From contig NGBS01000872.1 of NCBI GenBank assembly GCA_002245135.1, positions 434,001 through 498,000 of the forward strand: 64,000 bases of DNA, in the 5' to 3' direction. The notes beneath the pieces are model-generated. The model searched no databases, was not told the origin of the DNA, and worked only from the letters and a program-made list of their open reading frames with translations. Shown piece after piece: positions 1-11,328 of this stretch. The DNA comes from Proteromonas lacertae (taxonomy: Eukaryota). Made by a program: the position numbers and the translations under genes. How positions within the stretch are numbered: position 1 is the first letter of the stretch; each line of letters begins with the position of its first letter.

Positions 1-1206
1 ATTGGTATTGGATTGGTCCACCTAAAAATATATACAATTATAATAATACAAAATTCAAGTTTTGTTGGATTGTTTAGTTTCAATACTTTAAACAAATATT
101 TCATCCCTTCTTCACATGAACAAATACATTGTGAATCAATTCGGATTTTTTCTCTATCATTCCAATCATTTTTCATATCATACATTATTTTATCTAGAAA
201 ACATTCTACATTCTTGTTGTCATTGTAACGAATAGAGAACTTCAGTTTATCTGTTATTGATTTATCTTCTTTATATATCTTCATCATCAATAGGATTGAT
301 AGAATTCTTTCATTTGGTTTGTTGTTGTATAACTCGATTAATTCATTTCGAATTTCTATTCAAATATTATTATAGTACTTATCATATATAATATATACTC
401 TCATATCTATCATTTTTCATATAATATTCAGCTTCACAAGTGGTAAATGGAGATATATCTATTATATAGTCATTATTATATAGTATTTCTTTTCTTTCTT
501 TTCTTATCATTAAACTATCTTCTGAATCTTTCAATATCTCATTCATCTTGATCATTTCAGATTTTAACTCTTTTAAACTCAATCGATCTTCACTTTTTAC
601 TTTCAACATTCTGAATATCATCTCTTTTATAATTTCATCACATTTCATATCTAAACTGTATTTACATATCAGAATATTATTAATTGTCTTAAGTATATTA
701 TCATCTTCATTAAATGGTAATTTCTTAAACATCATTTCATATAATATACATCCGATTGACCAAATCACACTTCGATCATTACATTCTAAGCCATTTAACT
801 CTTCTGGACTTTTGAAATACACACCGTACACTCCCATATCATTATCTTTTCTCAACAAATCCAAGAATAAATCACATAACTTTATATCATCTTCTCCTTC
901 ATATATGATGTTTGAACTCTTCAAATTACCAATTACTAAATCACACTCACTCAACATCAATAAACTATCACATATACCACAGATCACACACCTAATATCA
1001 TCACTTGACAAACATTCATTCTTTATCAAATCTTCTAAATCTCGGTAATAATAGCTTCTTTCATATTTCACCATATTACACCCGATTATCTGGATTGGAG
1101 ATGGATATGTAAATAATGGACAATGATCGAACAATATTGAACTGTTTTCATTAAATTGCAATATCGCTTTTTCTTTTATTCCATCTACATTAATTATTTT
1201 CACCAT
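1..1206 (-). CDS. Pseudokinase-LRR protein, copy A (5' part; runs off the window start)
   Basis: ORF 382-1206 translates identically to ORF 2052-2876. Positions 1-1300 are the reverse complement of 1958-3257, with a few substitutions near 180-230. Confidence 0.8.
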
Positions 1207-1563
1207 TTTAACCTCATTATCATGTTTTACGACTAAATCTACTTCGTTTTTACCCCTTTCGGCCCTTTTTTTTATCTATAATATATAACAATTAAAATAC
1301 TTCAAAATCAGAGGAAGACAATACATCATTCAAAGCAAAATTCATCTTTTAAATTGTTTTAATCTATTTTGCAAATAGGACTTATATACTTGAGTCAAGC
1401 TGGCTTGTTAATTTTGACTCAATTACCATAAATTCGCTTTGTTTTACACAATGTAACTATATACTTTGTATTTATTGGTGTTAGAGTGGAGCATTAACAG
1501 AATGCAGCATTAACAGAATGTGTCATAATATGATATATAACAAATATATTACATTAAAGTTAA

Positions 1564-1764
1564 GCATTAACAGAATGTGATATTCTTCAAAAAGGTGATG
1601 TAAAAGAAGGTAAATGAAAATTATGTGAAATAAAAGCATTTAGCAGTACATATCCATTAATTGATCAAGTTAATATATCTGGATTTGATGGTGTTGCTAT
1701 AACAGCAGATAAGGATAGTGATTATGAAATTAATCCACCAACTAGCATGGATAAAAATGACTAA
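1564..1764 (+). pseudogene. Coding-like remnant in the palindrome spacer (mirrored at ~19532-19732)
   Basis: Reads ALTECDILQKGDVKEGK*KLCEIKAFSSTYPLIDQVNISGFDGVAITADKDSDYEINPPTSMDKND* with one in-frame TGA. Family not recognised. Confidence 0.35.
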
Positions 1765-2051
1765 ATGTAATTTATGCAAATAAATATATCGTAAAAATCA
1801 CTATAATTCTTTCTGTATCAAATCATCTATGTAAAAACAGAAAATTCAAAATTGAAAATAGACGTTATAATTTTAAATTACAAACAAGTTTGAAGATGAA
1901 TAGTTTAATTTTTTCAATGATGATATATTATCATCAATATTACTCTATCATTCTAACGTATTTTAATTGTTATATATTATAGATAAAAAAAAGGGCCGAA
2001 AGGGGTAAAAACGAAGTAGATTTAGTCGTAAAACATGATAATGAGGTTAAA

Positions 2052-5000
2052 ATGGTGAAAATAATTAATGTAGATGGAATAAAAGAAAAAGCGATATTGC
2101 AATTTAATGAAAACAGTTCAATATTGTTCGATCATTGTCCATTATTTACATATCCATCTCCAATCCAGATAATCGGGTGTAATATGGTGAAATATGAAAG
2201 AAGCTATTATTACCGAGATTTAGAAGATTTGATAAAGAATGAATGTTTGTCAAGTGATGATATTAGGTGTGTGATCTGTGGTATATGTGATAGTTTATTG
2301 ATGTTGAGTGAGTGTGATTTAGTAATTGGTAATTTGAAGAGTTCAAACATCATATATGAAGGAGAAGATGATATAAAGTTATGTGATTTATTCTTGGATT
2401 TGTTGAGAAAAGATAATGATATGGGAGTGTACGGTGTGTATTTCAAAAGTCCAGAAGAGTTAAATGGCTTAGAATGTAATGATCGAAGTGTGATTTGGTC
2501 AATCGGATGTATATTATATGAAATGATGTTTAAGAAATTACCATTTAATGAAGATGATAATATACTTAAGACAATTAATAATATTCTGATATGTAAATAC
2601 AGTTTAGATATGAAATGTGATGAAATTATAAAAGAGATGATATTCAGAATGTTGAAAGTAAAAAGTGAAGATCGATTGAGTTTAAAAGAGTTAAAATCTG
2701 AAATGATCAAGATGAATGAGATATTGAAAGATTCAGAAGATAGTTTAATGATAAGAAAAGAAAGAAAAGAAATACTATATAATAATGACTATATAATAGA
2801 TATATCTCCATTTACCACTTGTGAAGCTGAATATTATATGAAAAATGATAGATATGAGAGTATATATTATATATGATAAGTACTATAATAATATTTGAAT
2901 AGAAATTCGAAATGAATTAATCGAGTTATACAACAACAAACCAAATGAAAGAATTCTATCAATCCTATTGATGATGAAGATATATAAAGAAGATAAATCA
3001 ATAACAGATAAACTGAAGTTCTCTATTCGTCATAATGACAACAAGAATGTAGAATGTTTTCTAGATAAAATGATATTTGATATGAAAAATGATTGGAATG
3101 ATAGAGAAAAAATCCGAATTGATTCACAATGTATTTGTTCATGTGAAGAAGGGATGAAATATTTGTTTAAAGTATTGAAACTAAACAATCCAACAAAACT
3201 TGAATTTTGTATTATTATAATTGTATATATTTTTAGGTGGACCAATCCAATACCAATCATTATTTGTATCATGTTTATCTCAATTACCAAAACTACAAGA
3301 ATTGTATTTACCTTTTTGCCATCTCACATATGATTTCATTGAATCATTTGTGAAATCAAACCTCTTCATGAATTTAAAATATATAAATCTTTCATGTATT
3401 TGTTATACTATATTATTTTGAAATAGATAATCCAATAGGTCCAAAAGGATTCAAATTATTAATTCCATGCTTACATTTGCTAATCAATGAGAAAAATGAT
3501 GAATCAATGAAATACTTATCAGAAGAATTATATAAATATCCAAATATTGAGAAAATAGATATAAAAACAAAAAACAATGTTCATTCTAAAGGATTAAAAA
3601 CTTTATTCACCAATTTTCCAATTTCTGATATAGTGTTTGATATTAATGGAAGTAAAGAATTACTAGTTGATAATGACGTTCCAGAATTGATAGAATACAT
3701 CAAAGATAATAAAAATGGATTGAATCTGAGTGATTTAGAAATTGATGATGATGTTTTCAAATCGTTCATTTCATTAAGATCTAATGAATTAAAAGAAATA
3801 AGATATCTAGATTTGAGAAGTATTATTTGATATTTTTCTATTATTTAGATAATAAACTAACTTATAAAAGTATAGGCATGCTGATTAACAATTTATCATT
3901 ATTCTCAAATCTTAATTCATTCCAGTTGAATGGAAATGAAATAGGAGATAAAGGAATGGAAATACTATTTCCATACTTGGGTTTAATGCAAGATAAGAAT
4001 AATTATGATAAAAGAATGGATTGTTCAAGTATAATAATTTCATATAGTATGCAATAGAAATGGGATTATCATCAATCGGATCAAAATATTTAGTTGATGG
4101 TTTGAAGAATATTCGTGAAGTTATTAACAAACTTGATATGAATCATAATAGTATAGATTCAGATGGAATAATAAATTTAGTGAATTGTATGAAAGAGTAT
4201 AAAAGTGTTAAGAAGTTGATCATGCATAGTATATATATATATATTTATTTAATAAATTTTTAATAGATAATCCAATAGGTAATGTTGGGTTTAAATTGTT
4301 ATTAGACACTATACAATTGTTAATGGATTATAATGAAATAGATTTAAGAAATATATCAATTGATGATGAAAGTATGATATTATTAGCAAACAAAATAGAT
4401 ACAATTAGAGGGTGTAAAAAAATGAAACTACAAAACAATATCAGAATGAATGGATTAAAATCAATATGTCCAAAATCATTAGAAAGTGATAAATATCCAT
4501 TTATAGAAATGAAATGTTCATCATGGACAAATGAAGAATTGGAGTATTATTTTGATTATTGTATTAAAAAGAAAAGAATAGATAGTAGAAAATATGATTT
4601 TTCAAGTATATTTACTATATTTTTATGATGAAATAGATATGAATTTGACTGATTCTCATATTTCATTCATTAAACAAATAAACTATTGGGGACTTGATTT
4701 ATCCAATAACAGAATCACTTCTAAAGGATTTAATGAATTAATGAATTCATTGACAAAAGATGCAGATAATATTGTAATTAATAATAATCCAATTGGTGAT
4801 GAAGGAATCGAGATAATATGTAAATATTTAGAAAAATTTGTTGACTATCGTTCATCATTAAATTTCTCAAGTATTTATATTAGTATATAAATTGTATAGA
4901 TGTTGGAATGAATGAAAAAGGATTGAAAATATTAATAGAAAAATTGAAAGAATATAAACCATTAACAAAGATAGATATATCAGAAAATGAATTAGATGAA

Positions 5001-5201
5001 AGTAAAATGAATTTAATGAAAGAAAACAAAGAAGTATTTTATTATTTAGATGAATTATCAATAACTGTTAAAGAAAATGTAGACAAATCAGAATTAAAAT
5101 CATTTTTAGAAACATTCTCATCAATTTGGAAAATTATAATAGATGGAATTTCAGAAGAAGAAAAGAAAGAATTATCAAATGATTTTGGTAATATTGAATA
5201 A
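2052..5201 (+). CDS. Pseudokinase + RI-type leucine-rich-repeat protein, copy B (intact, 9 exons, ~963 aa)
   Basis: GT-AG introns at 2860-2902, 3209-3236, 3396-3426, 3820-3848, 4029-4057, 4229-4266, 4606-4636 and 4871-4899 give one open frame. Kinase C-lobe motifs are present (LKSSNI, SPE, WSIGCILYEM, LPF) but HRD reads IGN and DFG reads DLF. LRR motifs are of the LxLxxNxIGDxG type. Confidence 0.85.
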
Positions 5202-5295
5202 ATATGATTTAATATAAAGAATATATTATTATGAAATTGCTATTTCATGCTATATATTATTCATGAAATCTATTCTCTTGCCTATTACATATTAC

Positions 5296-7930
5296 TGTTG
5301 TACGCCGTTGGGAGACTTTCATTAAAAACTAATATTATATTTATGATATTGGCGATGAGCTATGTAGAAATATATTTTTAGTTTTATAATGTATGATAGA
5401 CATGTTGGTGTTCAGGAAGTAATTTCGGCCAGGAAGTAAAAATATATGATACAAAGATTCTTACAATTAATTAATATGATATTATTATTACATAAAAAGA
5501 GTTATTTACAAATATATATAAAGAATGACAATTTATAAATTTTCCAGTAATTAATCGATGTTATTACATCATAGCGAATTTGATGAAAATCATCAGCCAT
5601 TACAATAAATTTAACAATAACTTATTTAAAAAAGAAATTAAAAGTAGGCTTGAGTGAGGCTTGAACTTATTCTTTCTTTTTTCTATTTTTAGTACCCTAA
5701 CATTGAAGAAAGTGTATTATATTAGAGAAATTGTATTTTCAGCCTTAGGTTCAAATTTTGAGCCTTACTTTTTTTAGCTAGTCCGATAGTTTCTAAACTT
5801 CGATATTAAACTTAATTAGGTCAAAAACATATAACTAATCTATTCTAAAAAAATTGAAGCTTTCTTATTTCTAATTGAAAACATAATTAATCTCTATTTT
5901 TGCATTTCGCTTTTATGTGCATAAATCAGTTATGCATTATCACTGCACTTAGGATCTCCAGTTTATTTTGTTATTAAGCTGATAATGGATGAGAAAAAAG
6001 CAAAATAAATTTCTTAACACAAGCTTTTGATTTGACAAACTATCTTGATTTTTATTTTTTGAGCCTACGCATTGTATATGCACTATATACTTATCTAATA
6101 GGTTCTGTTATAAATTGTGAATTAACGGCTGATAATATATGGAGTTATGAAGTGAAATATGATAAAAATGACCTAAAATGTCTAAATCGAGACGAATTCG
6201 TATTATCATATATAGTTATGTTTGTGCATCACAGGATTCAATGTTATATTTAGCAAAATATGATTTAATACTTGAATATTTGAAACAATTTCGTCTGGTT
6301 GGCTCTATAACTCTTTGTAGTTTATTCTGTAGTTACTATACTCAATATATTTAGAAAATAATAATATTTAGATAGTAAGAGTAACATTAGTTGAAATCGA
6401 TATAATCACAGGTATATTAACAAAATAAGGAATATAAAAGAATACTATTTTCTTTTCTTATGTTGTCACTTATTTCAATGTATTATTAAATAGGAAATCG
6501 GACTATATAAAGGTATAATATAATTAATTGTAAAGTTTCAACATATATGTCAAGAATATTACAAATACTATAAGTAGTTCGCTCAAGATGTTATTTCCTA
6601 ATACACTATGCTGCAATGGGACAAGCATAAAAATAATATTCGTTGATAATAGAACTAAACTAATTTTACACAGAAATCTATCATTCGAAAAGGAAGAACT
6701 ACAAATAAGAATTATAGAAAGTAGATTTTTCTTGTTGAATATTAAATAATTTATTTATTATTTATGTTGTTATTATTATAGTTAAAATAACACATGCTAC
6801 AAATATTTATGAATGGGATAGAATGAAAAATGAAATGAACAATATTTTCGCTTGTATTTAGTTACTAATAATTTTTATATCTTATATTTTTTATCAATCA
6901 ATAATTGTCAGCATAAATAAATAAATAATAAACACAAAATATAAATAATATATGTAATTGAGTAATTAAAAGAATTATTTGTTAAAATTATTATCTATAA
7001 ATAATAATACGTTATCAAAGTTATCTATCTTTTTATTTAATAAATAAATAAGAGTGATAATAATTAACTGTCCATCAAATGAAATATTATTATAATTATT
7101 ATTAATAAATAAACAAAAACATGTTTATTTATTCTATCATACATTAATGATGTTGTGCGCCGTTGAGCTAAATGCGCCGTTGAGCGTTAAGAAGACTTTT
7201 TTCGATTCTAATATCATAAACGTAACCTATGGCCCTTCAATATTACTAATCAACACTTGTTTTCAAAAATAGTTACGTTGGCCTAATATCGTATAGGGGA
7301 AGTTTGGGTTTAGACGCGTGTTCAAAATTTGAACTCGCCTAATCTAGTTAGAGTTTGACTCTAATATTTTATATTACTTGACTATAATTGCTTAATTAAG
7401 AGATTCTGAGAAGATGGTAGGGATAGCACAACTTTTTTTTGGTCTAATTTCACGATCTTTTAATGATTTGAGCATTTTTGATCCCAGCCTATTGTACATA
7501 ATAACTGTACACAGGATCTCCAGGTTTTTTATTAAATATCTTACTATTAGATGAGAATGCTCAAAATATAGGGATCTTTTGTTTTGGGTGGCCACTCAAA
7601 ATTTGGACACCCTATTTCTAGAGGTGTTTCAACCTCAATACTCATATTTATCTTACTATTATCATAAAACTAAGCGTTTCTGAACTTATCTTTGTATTTC
7701 GTTAACTTTCAAGTCACACATTATGACATTATTTTTAAAATTTGAGCACCTCATGGTCCAGACTATAGAGCATAATAACTGCATCTTGGATCTCCAATTT
7801 TTATTTATATATTATGCTTATTGAATGAGAGTGCTCAAAAAATAACAAGAATCGACACAAACATAAGTTTGATCATTTTTTCAATTTTTATTTTTTGAGC
7901 ACCTGCCTCCTATAGGAAGTAAGGGCTCAA
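5296..7930. repeat. Non-coding region of degenerate direct repeats and dyad motifs (mirrored at ~13330-15970)
   Basis: TGTTGTRCGCCGTTG occurs at 5296 and 7151, and GGATCTCCA at 5952, 7514 and 7788. TTTGAGC/GCTCAAA motifs recur. A perfect 15 bp inverted repeat sits at 7831-7845 / 7888-7902. Confidence 0.6.
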
Positions 7931-8241
7931 TATAATAATATATTATGTGTATATGATGATTATTAAACTTATTTATTTAATTATATTAATCAAATTTTCG
8001 TAATCTAGCTATTTCCTTAATTATTTATAATTGATTTATATGCATAATAAAATAATACACATGTGTAACACATAATATTTATATGTACCTATTTATACTT
8101 TTATCAAACATATTTGTAAATATTTCTAATTATAAACATACAAAACACTAACAGATGTATATTTATTTGTTACTCAATGATAATTTAACCTTTGTCTTAA
8201 AAATCAAATCAGAAATCCATAATAACATCAATGTGTCTTTT

Positions 8242-8491
8242 TTTCTCAGTTTGCATAGCTTCTACTATAGCTAAATTTGCACCTTCTTCTACTATTTTAC
8301 CTTCTTTACTAATACATCTATAAAACTACCAGTCATTGAGACAAGCTAAGAATTTGGAATGATTTACTTCAGGTTTTGGAATCATGCTTTGATAATTTGC
8401 TTTCTAAAGCATTTCTTACACCTACAGTGAAGTTACCTCCATAACCTTCTACTACTCTTTTCATATATTGTACAGCTACTTCTTTAACTTT
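8242..8491 (-). pseudogene. Fragment of biotin-dependent carboxylase C-terminus (propionyl-CoA carboxylase alpha-like), left-arm copy
   Basis: Reverse complement of 12771-13020. Confidence 0.65.
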
Positions 8492-9547
8492 GTATTACTT
8501 TTACTTTATTAAATCACCTATTTTAGAAACCTTTGTATGTTTAAAACAGAGTAAACTTCTACATCACCACATAATCTCAATACTATTTTTATTTCTTTTC
8601 TATTCTATAAACAAGTCTCAATTATCACTTTAACAAGTACATTGGTCTTATGACATTCCACTACAATAGGAATAATTTCTTTATTTTAATATTTTTAGTC
8701 ATTTTCTTTTAATGCTACAACAATAGCCTTATCTGAGCTATCAGCGTTATCTTTTATAAATATTTTGGCTTCTTGCAATTTTATCGATGGAGTTGTTACA
8801 TCTAGTTGTTACTCTCCTCATTTTTACTTTCTTTCATTATTTTACCATCTATACTATCTGATTTATCTTCAAGTAGATGGAGCTAAAGGTAAACAACTGT
8901 TATTATATCTATTGTACCCTATATTATGTAGAAAATAAGGAATTACGTCGTTGTTTCAGTTCTTATCACCGAATATGGTTAATATGTTCATAATCATCTC
9001 CATTTCTTTTACACAATTCGTAATAAAATACATCTATTCCTTTAAATAATTGAAAATCTTATTCAAGCTTTAGTTTGAAAATTCAATTTATTTTCAAGTT
9101 TATTAGGTTATGTCCTATGGATATCAATATAATTTTGTATATAATAAATGTATTTTTACAGTAGGAATAGAATGGGCTCCAATTAATAATACTTCAAGGT
9201 GGATTTTAAGAAAAGTGGTTGTGGAATAGCTATCAATGATAATTTTACTAATTTGTATTTTAGTGTATCTAAGTAGTTTAATGGTATAATTTATTTATAT
9301 ATAAATATCGTTTGCAATAAATAAAGAGAAATCAGTGTAAGCATAGAATAAATACCTATGAAAGCAATATGAATGAATGAATGAATACACCAGAACCAAA
9401 AAATTAAGTGGAACTATAGATTATATTGTTTTAGTCATCCATTTTCAAGTTATTACTGAAGGTGAAACAATAGGAACGATTCTATTCAAATATCAAGTAA
9501 TAACCATTGAATTGCCATTTGATAAGAGAAATAATATTTAGTGTAGC

Positions 9548-9812
9548 AAATCATTAACCCAGATGAAGCTGTTGCTTATGGTGCAACAGTACAAGCTGCT
9601 CTTTTAACTAGTGCTGATAAGAAGGAAAATTAGATGAATTGTTATTGGATTATGCAATAGAAATAGAAAAGTAGTAAGAAATGAATTTATAAATGATACT
9701 GATATTGATTAGAAACAACTGGTTGTGTAATGACTGCAATTCCAGTTAAGAAATTGAAAGATAGGTTGCTAAAGATGAAAAATTCAAAGCTGAAGAAATT
9801 AAAAGATTGAAA
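9548..9812 (+). pseudogene. Internally deleted Hsp70 fragment
   Basis: Encodes INPDEAVAYGATVQAALLT, then LDELLL, LETTGCVMT, IPVKK and EKFKAEE in the correct order, with large deletions and frameshifts between them. Confidence 0.8.
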
Positions 9813-10512
9813 TAATAATATTCGGTTTGAGTTATTTCATTTTTTTGTTTAAAGTATAGAAAATAATAAATCATTTGTTAAGCTATTAGAAAATGTATTT
9901 GTTTATATATATTTCTCTGTAAAGTTGTCTTGTACAAATTATGTATGTTTTCCTAGTGTATTGCCTAATTACAAGTTCTTGTATTCAAATCATTTTTAAA
10001 GAATAAGAAATAATAAAAATCACATGCTAAACTTTATAAATAATTTTCATTAAACCAAATACAATGTTAGAATGTGAATAAAACATGTATATAAGTATGT
10101 TGCTAATTAAGTGAAAGTAATACAATTTTATTCATTCTTACCTCATATTTGTCAAGCTAAATAAAAAACTAACAACAAAAGTGTTAATATTACGATAATA
10201 TATGATATACCTTAGATTATTAAACGAATAGATTTTACGAATAGTATATTCACTTCCTTCTAAATCTAATAGAAATTGGAATAATTCAGATTTCTCTTCT
10301 TCTTATTTAACTTAGTCTTATTAATCTTTTGATGTATCAACGAACTAATTAACATTAAACACTATCTATAAATGCATAAATTATACAATTCGATAATTTT
10401 GATAAATACCAGTTTTTGCATCTATGTATTAATTCTACAATGAAATTGAATATCTGTACAATGGTAATCCTTTTGATCTTCTTTACTATCTTCCATTATA
10501 ACAGTCCATCTA

Positions 10513-11328
10513 TTAATACCTATATTTCTGGACAAATGAATAACCTGGGAAGAACATAAAAAACCATTCTAACACTCTTGACACCATACATGTATCTTCA
10601 ATCATATTCAAAACAAACACAACCAACATCAATATAGCCATGAAGATATTAGCGAATAAAACAATGATTTGTGCTGATGTATGGCTTTTAAAGAAATAAC
10701 ATATAAAGTAAGTACATGGAGCAACAGTAATACCATAGAGTATAAACAATACAATTACAGCTCCAATATTATCAGTATAAGCATCCAGTGTGAATATATA
10801 CATAAATGCAATACCAAATATACATGGTAATACATAACACAACATATCCCATAAGAATGTAGATGTCCAATAGGCAGATAAACTTACACCACTAATTAGC
10901 TGTTGATGTTTTACACTTGTTTCTCTTTCTCTTACTATAAAAACTGCATAATAGGCTGGTATAAAGGCAACTGATAGTAATAAGATCATTGGAGTACCAA
11001 AAGCTCTGATTCCTTGAACAGCTTTCTCTTCAACATCGGTAAATGGTAAGATCGAACCCCAAACTTTAATAGATGCTTCTGGATTCTTTGTTGTTTGTCT
11101 TAAGAAAGCTTCATTCAACAAGTTCAAACCTATAGATGAACCATGTGTACTGGATGTATTAACGAATATATAAGTTACTGGATAAGGAGAATCATGATCT
11201 AATACTCTAGCAGCTGCTAAATAAGTAGTTGATTCATGTGCAATGTAATTATCTAATAAATATCTCATCATACCAAATAAAGGAGCAGCAAATTCTCTAT
11301 CTTTAGCTAAATAATAACAATATCTCAC
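10513..11328 (-). pseudogene. ABCA-family transporter membrane-domain fragment (no NBD nearby)
   Basis: 271 aa open frame containing FIVRERETSVKHQQLISGVSLSAYWTSTFLWD, typical of ABCA transmembrane domains. No Walker motifs seen in the flanks. Confidence 0.75.

Larger units (their letters stand above)
1..3257. repeat. Head-to-head palindrome: arms 1-1300 and 1958-3257, 657 bp spacer
   Basis: Paired coordinates sum to 3258 throughout. The inner junction is ATATATAACAATTAAAATAC (ends 1300) versus GTATTTTAATTGTTATATAT (starts 1958). Confidence 0.95.
1168..9384 (+). repeat. Left arm of ~8.2 kb inverted repeat
   Basis: ORFs mirror between arms (2052-2876/18419-19243, 6032-6253/15011-15232, 7392-7595/13669-13872). 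The inner end lies in a (GAAT)n run at 9371-9384. Confidence 0.95.

Noticed and set aside
548..1048. 166 aa ORF, its copies (2210-2710, 18585-19085, 21957-22391) and other antisense ORFs in the track
   Set aside because: They are antisense shadows of real coding exons, with biased composition and no motifs.
1490..1577. CRISPR-like array
   Set aside because: Only three 15-mers with irregular spacing (1 and 42 nt), eukaryotic context and no cas genes.
1611..1620. In-frame TGA as evidence of an alternative genetic code
   Set aside because: It is a single case in a decayed remnant. Intact genes use TGG for Trp, and TGA terminates the gene ending at 51763.
1990..2020. GGGCCGAAAGGGG as a hammerhead ribozyme stem II
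   Set aside because: No CUGANGA core and only a 2 bp stem. It is more likely just a GC-rich patch upstream of copies A-D, and it is absent in E.
5413..5439. CAGGAAGT pair as ETS binding sites
   Set aside because: ETS factors are animal-specific. The pair is kept only as part of the repeat tract.
6032..7595. ORFs 6032-6253 and 7392-7595 (and mirrors) as genes
   Set aside because: Non-ATG starts, short length, no recognisable motifs, and they lie within the repeat tract.
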